From Anthoceros angustus (lineage: Eukaryota > Plantae > Anthocerotophyta), in NCBI GenBank assembly GCA_010909165.1, contig VJWM01000172.1, forward strand, positions 451,777 through 515,776: a DNA stretch of 64,000 bases, in the 5' to 3' direction. The position numbers and the translations under genes were made by a program. Position 1 is the stretch's first letter. Every line of letters starts with the position of its first letter. Shown piece by piece: positions 1-12,860 of this stretch. The notes beneath the pieces were generated by a model. The model did no database searches, had not been told where the DNA came from, and saw only the letters and a list, made by a program, of their open reading frames with translations.

Positions 1-277
1 TGAGAACATCAGAACGCCTCCAAGCCATTTATAGGGGAACTCATTTTCTCAACTCGGTGATTGAGTCTTTTACCTCCTACCTCAATATCCGCATCGAAAG
101 ACAACTCCTTACAATCCCAAGGCAAATGGTCTAATTTGGAGAACACGTAATGGTTTGTTGTGTACAATCTTGACCAAGGTAACCGCCACTCACATGTATG
201 ATTGGGACACCAAATTGCATCTGGGCCAGGGCGTATAAAGGGAGAAGGTGACCACCAAGAAGACTCCTATTATTTAA
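1..277 (+). pseudogene. Ty3/Gypsy integrase C-terminal part (partial array unit)
   Basis: Encodes RGTHFLNSVIESFTSYLNI..RKTTPYNPKANG, as in the downstream units. Confidence 0.85.
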
Positions 278-850
278 CGACGATGAAGAGGGGCACGATG
301 TCGGGTTGTTCGTATCCTCCCCTTCGAATTTACGCCAAACCTCAACTCCTCATGAGTTTGGATGCACAATCTTAATGTACTTCTATTGATCCTATGTCAC
401 TTGTAATATATGGAGGAAGTCACACACATGGTGTTTGACTGAGGATGAACTAGCTGGGACTCCGTGGAGACAAGAGATCCACTTGCACGCAAGCCGTGAT
501 CCAGTATCATATCGAGCCACTTGATTTGTGAAATCATTTGAGTAATCCGTTCGACCCATGGCAAATATCCGGAACGTTCCAAGCGCTTCAAAAACTTCGC
601 ATCGAATCACTTGAGTTGCCAAAGTGCCCAGTAATCCACGATCCATCACAAAATAAGGAATGAGCTATGCATTTATAGTTGAAACTTGGCAAATATAGAC
701 TTGAAGTATTTTGGTTTTGCCCTCAGCGATATATTATGAATTATCGATAAGTTTTTTTTATTTTGTTAGTAAATTATAGTATATTTAATATTGATATTAT
801 AACAAAAACATCATCATAAACATCACAAAAAATATTTCCAAGAGATATTG

Positions 851-995
851 TGTCAAGTTCTAAGAAGAACATGGTTGAATTGATTTTCAGGAAAATACAA
901 CAAGGGTTTTAAAAGTGTTTTTCCTGAAACGTCATGACTATTCGCTAAATGGCTATTCGACTGACATGTGAAACGCTAATAATCGGTTTTCAACA
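851..995 (-). repeat. Copia 3' LTR (~145 bp)
   Basis: Starts TG and ends CAACA on +; first 80 bp identical to 6521-6600. Confidence 0.9.
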
Positions 996-1360
996 CGCCC
1001 GAAGTTTAATCATTAGACAACGCGAGAGCGAATGAGAGAAACACTATTAACGCAGTGTGTCTGCCATCGCAATAATATACATCCTTCACCACACTAAAGA
1101 ATGCGCTGCACGACGCAACTACATCTTCGAAACACAAAGATAATGGAGAAGACGCATGATGGAGCAGAGATGGACAGCTGGATGGGAATCCAAATTGATG
1201 TGCATGTTGTAAAGCGGGAAAACTAATCATAGTTAAAACTGGAAGAGCAACTCAAACAAGAAATCAAGCAAGCAGCAGGATGTCTAAAGACGCCAAGCAT
1301 GTAACACCGAGGACCCAGAAGATTTTATCTACAGAGAGCTTCATCCGCCAAAGTCTGCAG

Positions 1361-1700
1361 TCACATAGCTGTCCAGTTATTATTGCGAGAGAAATCACAG
1401 TAGCCATATACAATATGTAGAGAGGAAGGCAGAAATTTTGTGAGCAGATCAGCAGGATTCTCCTCTGTAGGTATATACTCAATTTGTACTGCCTTCTCTT
1501 GCACAGAGTGGCGAATAAAATGGTGATGCACCTCGATGTGCTTAGTTCTCGCGTGAAATCGCGGATTGGCAGTCATAGCAATCGTGGACATATTGTCACA
1601 CGAGATCACAGTGGGTTGAGATGGCAGAAACCCTAAACCAGAAGCTACGTTTAAATGGCCTCCTTAGATTTCCGGTCAAGGATTTTGCATTAGTCGAGAG
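1361..1700 (-). pseudogene. Copia RNase H (Ty1 type)
   Basis: CDNMSTIAMTANPRFHARTKHIEVHHHFIR...ENPADLLTK. Confidence 0.92.
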
Positions 1701-1949
1701 GGCAACACTAGCTTGTTTCTTTGACGTGATGCGCAATGACGGCAAAAGCGATTATCGAGGAGATGCTTGACGAGCATCGGGGATCGTGGTCGGCGCCAGC
1801 AAAACCACAGCACGATCCCGAGATCGCCTTCCCAGCGGGCCCATATCTGAGTGCCTGGATGTGAAAATCACGTTTACACCCTCCAGTGCTCTTTTCCAGG
1901 ATTGTCCATAAATTGAGAAACAACATACCAATCTGTATAAAGGCGAGTC

Positions 1950-2830
1950 CAAGGTGATGTAATTGAGACATATCTATGGCGATGGGCACCTTTGGAGACA
2001 TAGCTTGCCGATCGGCATCGGTTAGGGGCATGCTGACTTAATCTAGGCTAGTAAGCAGCCAAGAATCAAGATAGAAATCGTCAAGAGTCTATGTATACTT
2101 AGCACGATGGAGAAAATGGTATACGAGGTGGCTCACGAATCAACTGTACCCCCAAAACGAAAGTAAGTGGACCGATGTCTTTCATGTCATATTTGCTGTG
2201 CAACATCTGCTTCACCCAAGCTAGGAGTTCAGGGTTATTTGAAGCCAGAATAGCATCATCGACGTACAACGCCAAAATTACCAGTTTACCATCCTAGGAG
2301 TACAAGTAGACATTAGCATCACCGAGTTGCTTCAGTGGACTTAAGGTATTTGTCGATGGCCTTATACTCTTTGCCTGCTTTCGCAGCTAGATGGTTTCTT
2401 TAGCCAGAAAGCATTCACGGTGTTGGGATCCACAGCCCTCGCCGCATGTAAATATCCTCTTCTAACTAAACCATACGGGAATCGTCAGAGGGCTCCATTT
2501 GTTGAAGATCCCATTCATAGGCAGCAGCAAGAGCAATGATCATGCGTATGGATTGGGTTTTCACCGGACTAAAGGTTTCAGTAAAGTCCACACCAGGAAT
2601 TTGGGTAAACCCACGAGCAACAAGGCGAGACTTGTATCTGAAAATCTGGCCTTCAGCGTTGAGTTTGTGTTTAAATACCCACTTGCAGCTAATAACTTTT
2701 CTGCCTGCTGGAAGAGGACAGAGCTCCCAAGTGGAATTCTTGATGAGTGAATTATATTCATCTTGAATGGACGGCTGCCAGTGATGTTTATCAGGTCCTG
2801 TAATGGCTTCAGTATATGTACGAGGTTCAG
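1950..2830 (-). pseudogene. Copia reverse transcriptase (RVT_2 type), frameshifted
   Basis: EPRTYTEA...NSTWELCPLPAGRKVISCKWVFKHK...YKSRLVARGFTQIPGVDFTETFSPV; LYVDD motif at ~2255-2270. Confidence 0.93.
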
Positions 2831-3399
2831 GCTTAGAAAAGAGTTGCTCAGCAGAATCCAGTAGAGCAACACCAGCTCTTGAACGACGAAAATCAATTGA
2901 GGCATAGGGTGGCTCCACCCACTCTGAAGGCGGTGGGTGGTCATAGCGAGGTATCTTGATTGATGGCAGGGAGGTGGTGTAATAATTACGCAGAACCTTG
3001 CATGGAGGCTCCTCAGGATGGCTCGTGGAGGAACATCTGAATGGTCATCAGATGTGGAGGATGAGGTAGGTATACCCGTCTCGGCTTGATTTTGCTCAGA
3101 TGCATGTGACTGATCTAAAACATCAGCCATGCCAACTTGGGAACCAGCTTCCCTTTCTAATTGTGGTAAGTGAGTGGAGTCCTGCTCTTCAGAGAAAACT
3201 GCAGATGTATAAGGCCCCAAGGGACCAGGCACTGAAATAGCAGGGGAATCATCTGAAGGATACTCTGAAACATCTTCATCATCAAAGGCATCGATATGTT
3301 CAACAAAAGAGATCAAGTTATGGGCAGAATCAGCAAGGCTTTAAGCAGAAGCACGAGCAAGGACTTTTGAAGGTTACACTTTGCCTCCACACAACGGCC

Positions 3400-4260
3400 T
3401 TCTTGGAAAAGGTATCAGGAGGCAGCGCTCTGTAGGCTTTCTCACCGTCAAAGCTTCTCCATATCTCTTGAGGCTAAATACAAGTGGCTTCGGCCTCCGC
3501 TTACAACATTTCCCCTTCCGCTTGTCCTTGGAATGTAGGCCCCAAGTTAAGAACCGTAAGACACGAAGGTGGAGGAGACTAGGGCTTTCGCTTCCGGCAG
3601 ACAACCCATTCAAAGGTGTCCTTTACCCTCACTGCTTTGTTAATGTATCGATTGATACAGCGTAGGTTGAGGTTACACAACGCCTTCGCCCAAAAAAGCT
3701 TTTACCTCAACTCGACCACTCAAGCATACCCTTTCGGTACTCCGTGACTCAAGCAGCCCTCGAGCTCTCCGGATTTTCAAGTTCATCAAGCGACCTGCCT
3801 GAAGCCGGCCTAGCAGGGAATTGACCAATCAATCACTGAAGGACATGCGTCGTGGACTGCAGAAGGAACTATGGGCGAGAGGCATTAACTTTGTTCCCGG
3901 TTGTTTGATCGAAGAGAGGCACTTCAAGGAACACTACAACCTGGGCTTTGCTTCAACAACGTTCCATGTAGCCTACCCTTAAATATTATCGGCCTTTACG
4001 CTATCTGGGACTATCAAACCGAAGGGGTAAGTCCATGAATACCTGCTATAATCATCCCAAGTGTGGAAGTAGAATTATCCAGTCTTCCCAACCAGGGAAT
4101 ATGTATATCTTAACAGAGCATATCCCAAGCGATGCACCAGGGTCCTTCTAACTATAAGCGGCCACCCTTGTCAACGATGAGCAACCCCGATGTCCCAGGG
4201 GTGAGCCCCATGAGACTTGTTTAGCAACTACGCATGCGTCACACAAAGGAAGATCGTTAC
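3400..4260 (-). pseudogene. Copia pre-integrase/integrase, heavily garbled
   Basis: Manual - strand translation gives LPLCDACVVAKQ (~4220-4250), DDYSRYSWTY (~4030-4055), FWAKA (~3680-3697) and PSLLHLRV (~3560-3585). Confidence 0.75.
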
Positions 4261-4699
4261 GGAACACATTTTTATGTGGGTTCAACCATAGCAAGTAAGG
4301 GGCACCCACTAGCTCATCGCCTTTTACTGGGCCACACTACAAGTAGCATGACCTAATCTGGCATGCCTACAACGACCTGCAATAGCAGTGCGAGAGACTT
4401 TCAGCGTGAGGAGCCTAATCCACAGTTGCGCCCGTCGGACCTATCCGTAAAGATCATGCACCACTTCACATCGCTAAGACCTCTTGTCTATTTCGACCTT
4501 TTACTAAATGACACAACACAGTGCGGAGGTCACGGAGCAAAGGAAGTATGTGCCAAGTCGATGTAAGGATAGAAGTCAAGTAAAGGAGATTCTAGGCCAT
4601 GAGGAACATGCAACACATGATCCAAATGAAGGACTGAGCCATCAAGAAGACGAAACGGGCGCCACTTCTCGATGGATGTTCTTCAGGTGATTCATCACC

Positions 4700-4843
4700 C
4701 AAGAGGACCTTATCTCGTGAAGATGAGGACCGGTAGTGAGTAAATAGCGATTTATCATTGCAAATGTGTGACGTTGCACCTGAATCTAGGTACCAAACGT
4801 GTAGAAGAGATGGGAGAGAAGAGGCCAGGCAAGCCGTCATCAC
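4700..4843 (-). pseudogene. Copia aspartic protease
   Basis: VWYLDSGATSHICNDKSLF motif. Confidence 0.92.
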
Positions 4844-4999
4844 AACGGGAGGTTTGCTGGAGAGGGAAGAAGAACGACCCGTTGCAAGGTATCGTGAGTT
4901 TCAAACTAAAGGTGCTCTCAACCGACGGGCTATTTCTCCTACATTCTCTTCCTTCCTTGATACCGCACTTGCATGCACCCAGCTTGGAAGTTGAGGGTT

Positions 5000-5754
5000 C
5001 AAGTTGAAGCACTGTGTGAAAATCGGCAGTGTTCTGTTTCAGATATGAATGTGTCAAGTTTTGTACCGCCCCTGTAGCCGGGAACTCACTACGGCTTCTC
5101 TTGGCAAAGAAAGCACCCACCACACTGCTGAAATTACGCAGGGGAGACCTAAGGCAACAGCCCGTCCACTGAGGGTAGATCCACAGCTGAAACGGCTGGT
5201 AGCCAGAGGCATCAGAAGTAATCGGATAAACAACATCCAAACGGAAACGATGAACCTGTATGGATCAATTGTCTCAAGTCGACTAAACAAGAATGTGGTG
5301 AGACTTTTCTCCTCTTTGAGTCGAGAGAAAGAGTCGCCTCACAAAGACACATGGTGAGAATGTTCTTTACTTCATAAGTTTGCAGCAGTTGATTCCATAT
5401 GTCCTCAGCCTTAGAAATAAATGCCACATCTGGGAGGAGAACTTCATCGAGACCACTGATCAATACCGCACGAGCGACACTATTCAGGTTCTCCCACCTT
5501 AATTTCTCTTCTGATGTGGAAGTTATGGACGGCCTCGTAATTGTTCCATCTACCACACCCCACACATGCCTTGCTTGCAGGGCTGCAGTCATACGAACAC
5601 GCCAGCTTTCAAACTTGGTACCATTGAAGCGATCACGCTCTTTGAATTCAGCAATATGGGAGGCTGAAAGATGAGGGAGCCTGAGGGGAGAACTGCCCTG
5701 AGGCCTGTGCCCCGCCACCACCTTCTCCAAAGCCTCCGCCCCGATCGAGACCAC
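5000..5754 (-). pseudogene. Copia gag (UBN2-like), frameshifted near 5350
   Basis: FNGTKFESWRVRMTAALQARHVWGVVDG...AEDIWNQLLQTYE. Confidence 0.9.
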
Positions 5755-6508
5755 TTTGCCCTCGCCGCTTGGCCGATCGACATCGCACCGATTGTTAATC
5801 TGAGGGAGTAAAATGGGAGGTATGTCGATTGATCAGGCCGACAACCTCACATTGATCACCTCAGAGAGAAACAATCAGAAACATGGGATCAACAGCGCCA
5901 GAAAAACGGCAGATGTGCAAAACCGTCTTCGGGGAGGAATTAGCTGCAGGCGATCAGCAATCGCATGAAGCTAACCTTCTCGCTTGACGACTTCGTGATC
6001 CGCAAGACGGAGGGTTTTCATTCATGAATTCGTGGATCGTGTGAGTTTGACCAAACCGTCGACGGTTGGAAGTCTGCAAGGAGGGAGCATCCAACAACGA
6101 CACCAGCAAGCAAGAAGGCGCGTTCTCCAGAAAGCATCTTCGGAAATCTAGATGCCGAGACTGAAGAGAATTCCTCAAACGTCTGTCATGAAATCCAGCA
6201 TGAAGTTGAGAACGGCTGCAGATCAGAGTGCAAATCGCCTTGACCCGCTTTGCGACAAAAAACGCAGCACAGACGGGCGCCTTGCTTGGCCGTTCGTTCT
6301 TGATGTCATGTCAGAAAGAACCAACCGCCTTCGGGTTCATTCGAACGAAGCACATCCTCACCGCCGCGGTCGAAACGAGAACATTGTCTGGTCCCCTTTT
6401 GCACTATGTGCTCTCCTGAAGAGAGCGGCTAGGACCAGAGATTGTATGAGTGCCTTGTCTTCATTGTTATTGTAGCGGAAGGTGATAAAAGATTCAAGGA
6501 TCAGATGA

Positions 6509-6520
6509 GCTCTGATACCA
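6509..6520 (-). promoter_or_regulatory. Primer binding site, tRNA-iMet
   Basis: TGGTATCAGAGC on the - strand directly adjacent to the 5' LTR. Confidence 0.95.
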
Positions 6521-6681
6521 TGTCAAGTTCTAAGAAGAACATGGTTGAATTGATTTTCAGGAAAATACAACAAGGGTTTTAAAAGTGTTTTTCCTGAAAC
6601 CCATGACTATTCAATGGCTACCCGCTTAATTCCGCTTACATGCGAAACGCCAGTCCCTAATCTGGGTTTATTTCTGCAACA
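6521..6681 (-). repeat. Copia 5' LTR (~161 bp)
   Basis: TGTCAAGTTC...CAACA followed by TATTG. Confidence 0.9.
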
Positions 6682-7379
6682 TATTGCTAGAATAATCAGA
6701 TAATCTTGTTTTACCATTAACTTATAGAATTATCAAAAACTATACCAAAGATAGACGTGGAAGATATATTACAACCTCTCATCACTAGATAAAACCGAAT
6801 GAAGTAATTTTAAAAAATAGAAGGTAAACATAGTAAATATAGAAGTGGATAAGAGAAAAGAATTATTGTGGGTAGTTTAGAAAATATACTTGTGGATGTG
6901 GCTAAATGAATCCTTCTGGGAGGGACCACCGGCAGGGTGGATCACCACATGTCTCTATACAACGTATGCTCCAAAACTTTGGAAATATTGTTACTTATTA
7001 TGACGACAGTGTCCATCAATACGAATATACTATAATTTACTTGAATTTGTATAACATAATACATCATCGGTAACAAAACTCTCAAGTCTTGTATGGTCCC
7101 ACACACCACAAATCTCCAATATCTATTTACTAAAGGATTCTCATTTTGTTGTCAATGATTCCAAGTTTCCATCCCGCGAGTATGGATGATGACAAGCCAT
7201 GATGCTATCTTTGCATCAATTTCACAAAGAAGACGCTAGAGGTATTATAATTCTTTTATATGTGCGTATTCCATGTATTAAAAGTTCGATTCTTGATATG
7301 TATATACGTTGCTCAACTAGCTAGTTTATGTATTGATGGTCATAAATCCCGCGTTGATGGTGAAAACAAAGGGAATCTT

Positions 7380-7650
7380 GGACTACGATGTCCCGATCCC
7401 CATCCATCTCCCCATTTTCACCCTCCGCACGGGATTACGACTCCGGCTCAGATCCTCATCCATCTCCCCATTTTTACCCTCCTGCAGTTTACCACTACTT
7501 CCTGGCCCAGCATCCTCATCCATTCCCCATTTTTCCTCTGTGCCGACCACGATTTCCCGGTCCAGACCCTGTCCATCTCCCCATTTTTTCCTCTCGCAGC
7601 CGGACTATGTACTTCCCCGTCCGTATCTCATCCATCACTCCCCCAAATTT
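7380..7650. repeat. ~60 bp minisatellite, 5 copies
   Basis: Core GATCCTCATCCATCTCCCCATTTTTCCCTC. Confidence 0.88.
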
Positions 7651-8794
7651 CGTATCCTCCCAAGAATAAGAAGTTGGTATAAGGGCAAGAACAAGATATC
7701 TATGGAACCAATTGGCTAGATTGTCTATGTTAGCCTGCTGTAGGGATTTACTTTGTGTAGGAATGTTATCCTTCTTCTGCTTCGGTGGTCTCATTGCTCT
7801 TATGCAGCCCTAGTATATATTTGTTGTGATATGCTTGTTTCTTGTCATGGGGCTTTAGGAGGTGAAATTCTCTTCTTTTTTATAAAGCATTAAAAATTTG
7901 GTGTAATAAAAGTTACTCTCAACCTTACTTGCCTCTAATGCTCGCTGTAATTTGCTACGAATAATGTTGCATCACTGCTGATCAAAGGAACGGTCGCATA
8001 CCTCGCTAGTCAATGCTCCAACTCTGGAATCTGGGCCAACGGTGTATATGCTCCTTGGATGGTGATGGAAATACTTCAAAAATCCAAGAGATAAATCAAT
8101 TCAAGAAGGATCCGCTGAGCATACCTCTTACAATCGTATGTCACAACGAGTTATGCTCGAATTAATAAGAGGCGAATTTATCCTATAGCAAGCTTGTTCG
8201 AGTTCACATGTGCCCGAGTACATGTAGCTCTAGAAGCATCTCCACAAGCCTTCGAACTACGTTATCAGGATCTTCCATATCAAGAACCTTTTGCGCCCCG
8301 ACTGAGATCGAATATCTTGGATTGTCAAAAGAAACCAATTCAAGTGCAACATTTACATAGCTTATTATCACAATTGCTTGCTTGAAGCAAGAGCAAGGAC
8401 TTCAAAGAAGAGCTTAACTAGTTGGCACCTCCAAGCCTTCCAACCGAGGCAGCCTCCGTGACCTTCCTGCCAAGAAGCTTATAGCCCCACTCTCGAGACT
8501 AAATATCCTTATCATGCAACAAACCATTCAAGTACAACATTTACATAGATTGTTCACACTGTTAGCTTGAAGCAAGAGCAGTGGACTTCAAAGAAGAGCA
8601 GAATTGGTTGCAACTTACACTGCACCACTACCATTCTACCCTCATGTGCAAGCTAAAGATGAATAAAGCGTGTATGCTCGCATGATACATCGATGAAGTG
8701 GTTGACACCAAACCTTGTCGCCACTTTAGACATACCTCAACATCCAGCTCACGTCAGCCGCCGTTATTGCAGCCCTCAGGCTTGGATTTTCAAG

Positions 8795-11246
8795 TTCATC
8801 ATGATTTTGCCAAGAAGGCGGCCTCGTTGACGCAACGCTGACCAAGAAGGACATGCCCTTCAATGGCTGACTGGCATGAAGCCGTAGCTGAAGGATATCG
8901 GGGTGAGCGATTCTAACCACAACCACCAGATTGGAAAAACCGCTCCATGTGTAATGAGATGTACCGCTATTTATTGGGACTATCTTAAGCCGTAAGGACT
9001 AGAAGAAGTGATCATCCAATTTTCTATGTCAAGCAGTGCAAACTTATGGATGAGAGAAATTATTCAACCACCGAGAGGGAAGGTCTTGGCATCATATACT
9101 CTGTAAGAAGTTTAGACACTACATGCTTGCTTGTAATGACGTTCCATGTCGACTCATTTTGCTAAAGTACCTTGTGAACAAGCTAGATTTATCGTGAAGG
9201 ATTGCTAGGTGGGTCGTTGCTGCAAGAGTTTGATTTTGATGAAACCAAAGGCCAAGGCAACATATATGAATGCCAATTTTGTTGCCCGTCAAAATTGGAA
9301 AATGGAAAATGGATTGTGGCAATCGATGACGCCCCATTTTTCCGACGAGGAGCTAGTAGCGCCGGGTTGGGAGAGGATCATGAGCAAAGTACACATTTGA
9401 TTGAGGTCAAGCAAGAGGTGTTGCGCGTAGCACCAAATGTCTGTGGAAGGGGTTTGTCAGGATGCGGCAGGAGGACGATCTAGGAGTTCGAGATGAAGTA
9501 AAAGAGCAGCATGGGTGCAAGGAGGAGCAAGGTATGCTCTTTAAGTGGAAGGGCTGCAAGTGGAGGCCACAACGCTGGCAAAAGGATGTGGAGAACAATG
9601 AAGAAATCGCAATTTGAAGGAAGTGAGAGGTGGCACACAAAATGGTGTGCCTCATGAGGAGGTGTGCTGGAGTCTAGAAGCGAGGTAGCTCCGCATTGGT
9701 GGTGTATATGGAGAAGGATTGTGGAGAAACCACACCTCAAAGAGTGCTTGCAGTGGAGTCATGAAGAAAGAGTCCACAAGTCCACTCGAACAAGGTAAGT
9801 GGTGCCAGGAAAACGCAGCAATGTGAGGAGATCGCTAGAGCGCTGTCCGGGGCTAGTGTGAGACTAGGCAGCATAGAGATGAAGAGGCCGATGGCGCTGA
9901 GATGAGCGGTGTCGATGGCCCAGTGAGTGCCAGCAGCTGGCCGACGCCAGGAAGGAGCTGGTTTTGCAAGCCAAGTAGAGGCGAGGCTGCACACGGCATC
10001 CGACATCCCTCAGTGGGCAAACCAGAGGGGACGGCGAGGTGTACATGGAAGAGGAGGCCTGGAGTGAAGGACTCCCATGTCCACGTATTTGCTAAACGGT
10101 GAGGTACGTAAGATTCTTAGAGCATGGATCATGCCTAATGGTTTGTCAAGGGAAGGGGCGTACGTTGTTCCTTACAAAGCTGCGCCTTATTGTCTACGAG
10201 ATGGGGTCTCATAGCTTGATCCGATGGGAAGATCCAGGTTGTTTGGAAGAGAAGCTACTCTCACTAGAAGCTTTGCATGCGAGAGTGGAGGCCATTATTT
10301 GGTACAAATTACGATGAAGGAGATCCTAGATGCGGTGGTTTTGGTGGGCCGGCTGAGGGATGTGTGGGATTTTGTTCGGAGGTGTGATGCATTCCAACGG
10401 GTTGGGAGGCCGACTTTCAACCAATGGCCCCTCACTTATATCCTACCTTTGGCACCTTCGAGAAGTGGGGCATAGACTTTGTAGGTCCCATCGTACCCAC
10501 AAAATGGACAAGGTAGCAATATATTTGAGGATCACGGACTCCATAAAAATGGGAGGTCGAAGCAACAAGGAAGGATGATGCACCAAGAGTGTAAAAGTTT
10601 CTCTTTGAGAACATCGAATTTCAGATGGGTGTCCTTGAGCCGCTGATAGGAGAACCTATTTTCTCAACTCGGTGATTGAGTCTTTTACCTCCTACCCAAT
10701 ATCCTAAGATCGAAGACAACTCCTTACAATCCCAAGGCAAATGGTTTGACGGAGAACACGAATGGTCGGTTGTGTACAATCTTGACCAAGGTAACTGTCA
10801 CTCATATGTATGATTGGGACACCAAATTGTATTCCACTTTGTGGGTCCCATCGGGCCGCCCACAAAATGGACAAGGCGCAATATATTTTGGTGGATAGGA
10901 CTCTCACAAAATGGTGAGGTCAAGCAACAAGGAAGGATGATGCACCGATGGTGGCAAAGTTTCTCTTTGAGAACATCGTAACTCGGTATGGGTGTCCTTT
11001 GAGCTGGCCGATAGAACTCATTTTCAACTCGGTGATTGAGTCTTTTACCTCCTACCTCAATATCCGATCGAAGACAACTCCTTACAATCCCAAGGCAAAT
11101 GGTTTTGTGGAGAACACGAATGGTTTGTTGTGTACAATCTTGACCAAGGTAATCACACTCACATGTATGATTGGGACACCAAGGTATCTGGGCCAGGGCC
11201 TACAGATGCTGGAGAAGGTGACCACCAAGAAGACTCTATTATTTAA
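8795..11246 (+). pseudogene. Ty3/Gypsy pol fragment (RT connection-RNase H-linker-integrase) with internal ~360 bp duplication
   Basis: RNYSTTEREG, EKWGIDFVGP, VAKFLFENIVTRYGCP, KTTPYNPKANG. Confidence 0.9.
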
Positions 11247-11665
11247 TGTCGAGAAGAGGGGCCCTGATGCTCCGTGGTTCGATCCTCCCCTTCGAATTTC
11301 CCTCACGCCAAACCTCAACTCCTCATGAGTTTCGGATGCACAATCTTAACAGCTCCTATTGATCCTATGCTGACTTGTAATATATGGAGGAAGTCACCAG
11401 CACATGGTGTTTGACCCGGAGGAAGGAATCCAGCTTGGGACTCCGTGGAGACAGAGATCCCTACCACTGCCGCATCCAATATATCATATCGAGCCACTTG
11501 ATTTGTGAAATCATTTGAGTAATCCACCGATCTATTACAACATCTGGAAGACCAAGCGCTTTCAAAATCTCGACGAATCACTTGAGTTGCCAAAGTATTT
11601 GAGTACCCATTTGATCCATCACAAAATATGAATGAGCTATGCATTTATAGTTGAAACTTGGGTAA

Positions 11666-12264
11666 ATATAGACTTGAAGATGGTTTTGTTCTCGATGATA
11701 TATTATGAATTATCGATGTTTTTTTATTTTGTTAGTAAATTATAGTATATTTAATATTGATATTATAACAAAAACATCATCATAAACATCACAAAATATT
11801 TCCAAGAGATATTATGACAATCATAACGTTGTTTTACCATTAACTTATAGAATTATCAAAAACTATACCAAAGATAGACGTGGAAGATATATTACAAATA
11901 ACCTTCTCGATCACTAGATAAAAGCATGGAAGTAATTTGGCATAAAAGAAGGTAAACATAGTAAATATAGAAAGTGGATAAGAGTAAAAGTAATTATTGG
12001 GGTAGTTTAGGTAAATATAATGGGGCATGATAGAAGCAACAGAATCCTTCTGAGGTAGGATGGGCATCACAGTAGTATGGATCACCACAAGTGCCCTATA
12101 CAAATTCGATGTCGTAAAATCTCTTGGAAATATTGTTTGTGATGTTTATGATGATGTTTTTGTTATAATATCAATATGAAATATACTATAATTTACTAAC
12201 AAAATAAAAATTATCGATAATTCATAATATATCATCGAGAACAAAACCATCTTCAAGTCTATAT
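11666..12264. repeat. AT-rich foldback / MITE-like element: arms 11666-11810 and 12119-12264, ~308 bp spacer
   Basis: ATATAGACTTGAAGATGGTTTTGTTCTCGATG...CCAAGAGAT is the near-perfect reverse complement of ATCTCTTGG...CATCGAGAACAAAACCATCTTCAAGTCTATAT. Confidence 0.93.
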
Positions 12265-12578
12265 ATGTATGGTCCCTACACACAAATCACAAATCTATCT
12301 TCATATATCTATTTCAATCTTTAAAAGGATTCTCATTTTGTTGTCTACAATGATTCCAAGTTTGCGCCGATCTATGGCTATGATGATGTTTGTGATGCTA
12401 TCTTTGCTTAGCATCAATTTTGTGTCACAAGATTGCTAAGAGGTATTATAATTCTTTTATATGTGTGTATTCCATGTATTAAAATTCCATTTTAGATATG
12501 TATATTATGTTGCTCTCAACTAGCTAGTTTATGCTTGATGTGTTAAATCCGTGGTTGATGTAGAAAAACAAAGGAATT

Positions 12579-12860
12579 AGGACTCACGACTTCTGGTCCC
12601 GATCCCCATCCATCTCCCCATTTTCACCCTCTCGCAAAGCCGGACTACGTACTTCCGGTCTAGATCCTCATCCATCTCCCCATTTTTACCCTCTGCAAAG
12701 CCGGACTACGATTCTCGTCCAGATCCTCATCCATCTCCCCATTTTTCCCTCCGCAGCCGGACTACGACTTCCTCGGGTCCATCCTCATCCATCTCCCCAT
12801 TTTTCCCTCCGCAGGACTATGTACTTCTGGTCGATCCTCATCCATCACCCCCCAAATTTT
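12579..12860. repeat. ~60 bp minisatellite, 5 copies
   Basis: Same core repeat. Confidence 0.9.

Larger units (their letters stand above)
851..6681 (-). mobile_element. Full-length Ty1/Copia LTR retrotransposon (~5.83 kb)
   Basis: Two direct LTRs (TGTCAAG...CAACA), TATTG at 846-850 and 6682-6686, PBS, and - strand order gag-PR-INT-RT-RH diagnostic of Copia. Confidence 0.96.
693..7089. repeat. Foldback copy split by the Copia insertion (left arm ~693-846, degraded right arm ~6977-7089)
   Basis: Left arm matches the other copies; unit sequence resumes after 6686 (TTGTTTTACCATTAACTTATAG). Confidence 0.8.

Noticed and set aside
996-1015. Copia polypurine tract
   Set aside because: The expected position reads only CTTCGGGCG on the - strand, too degenerate to annotate.
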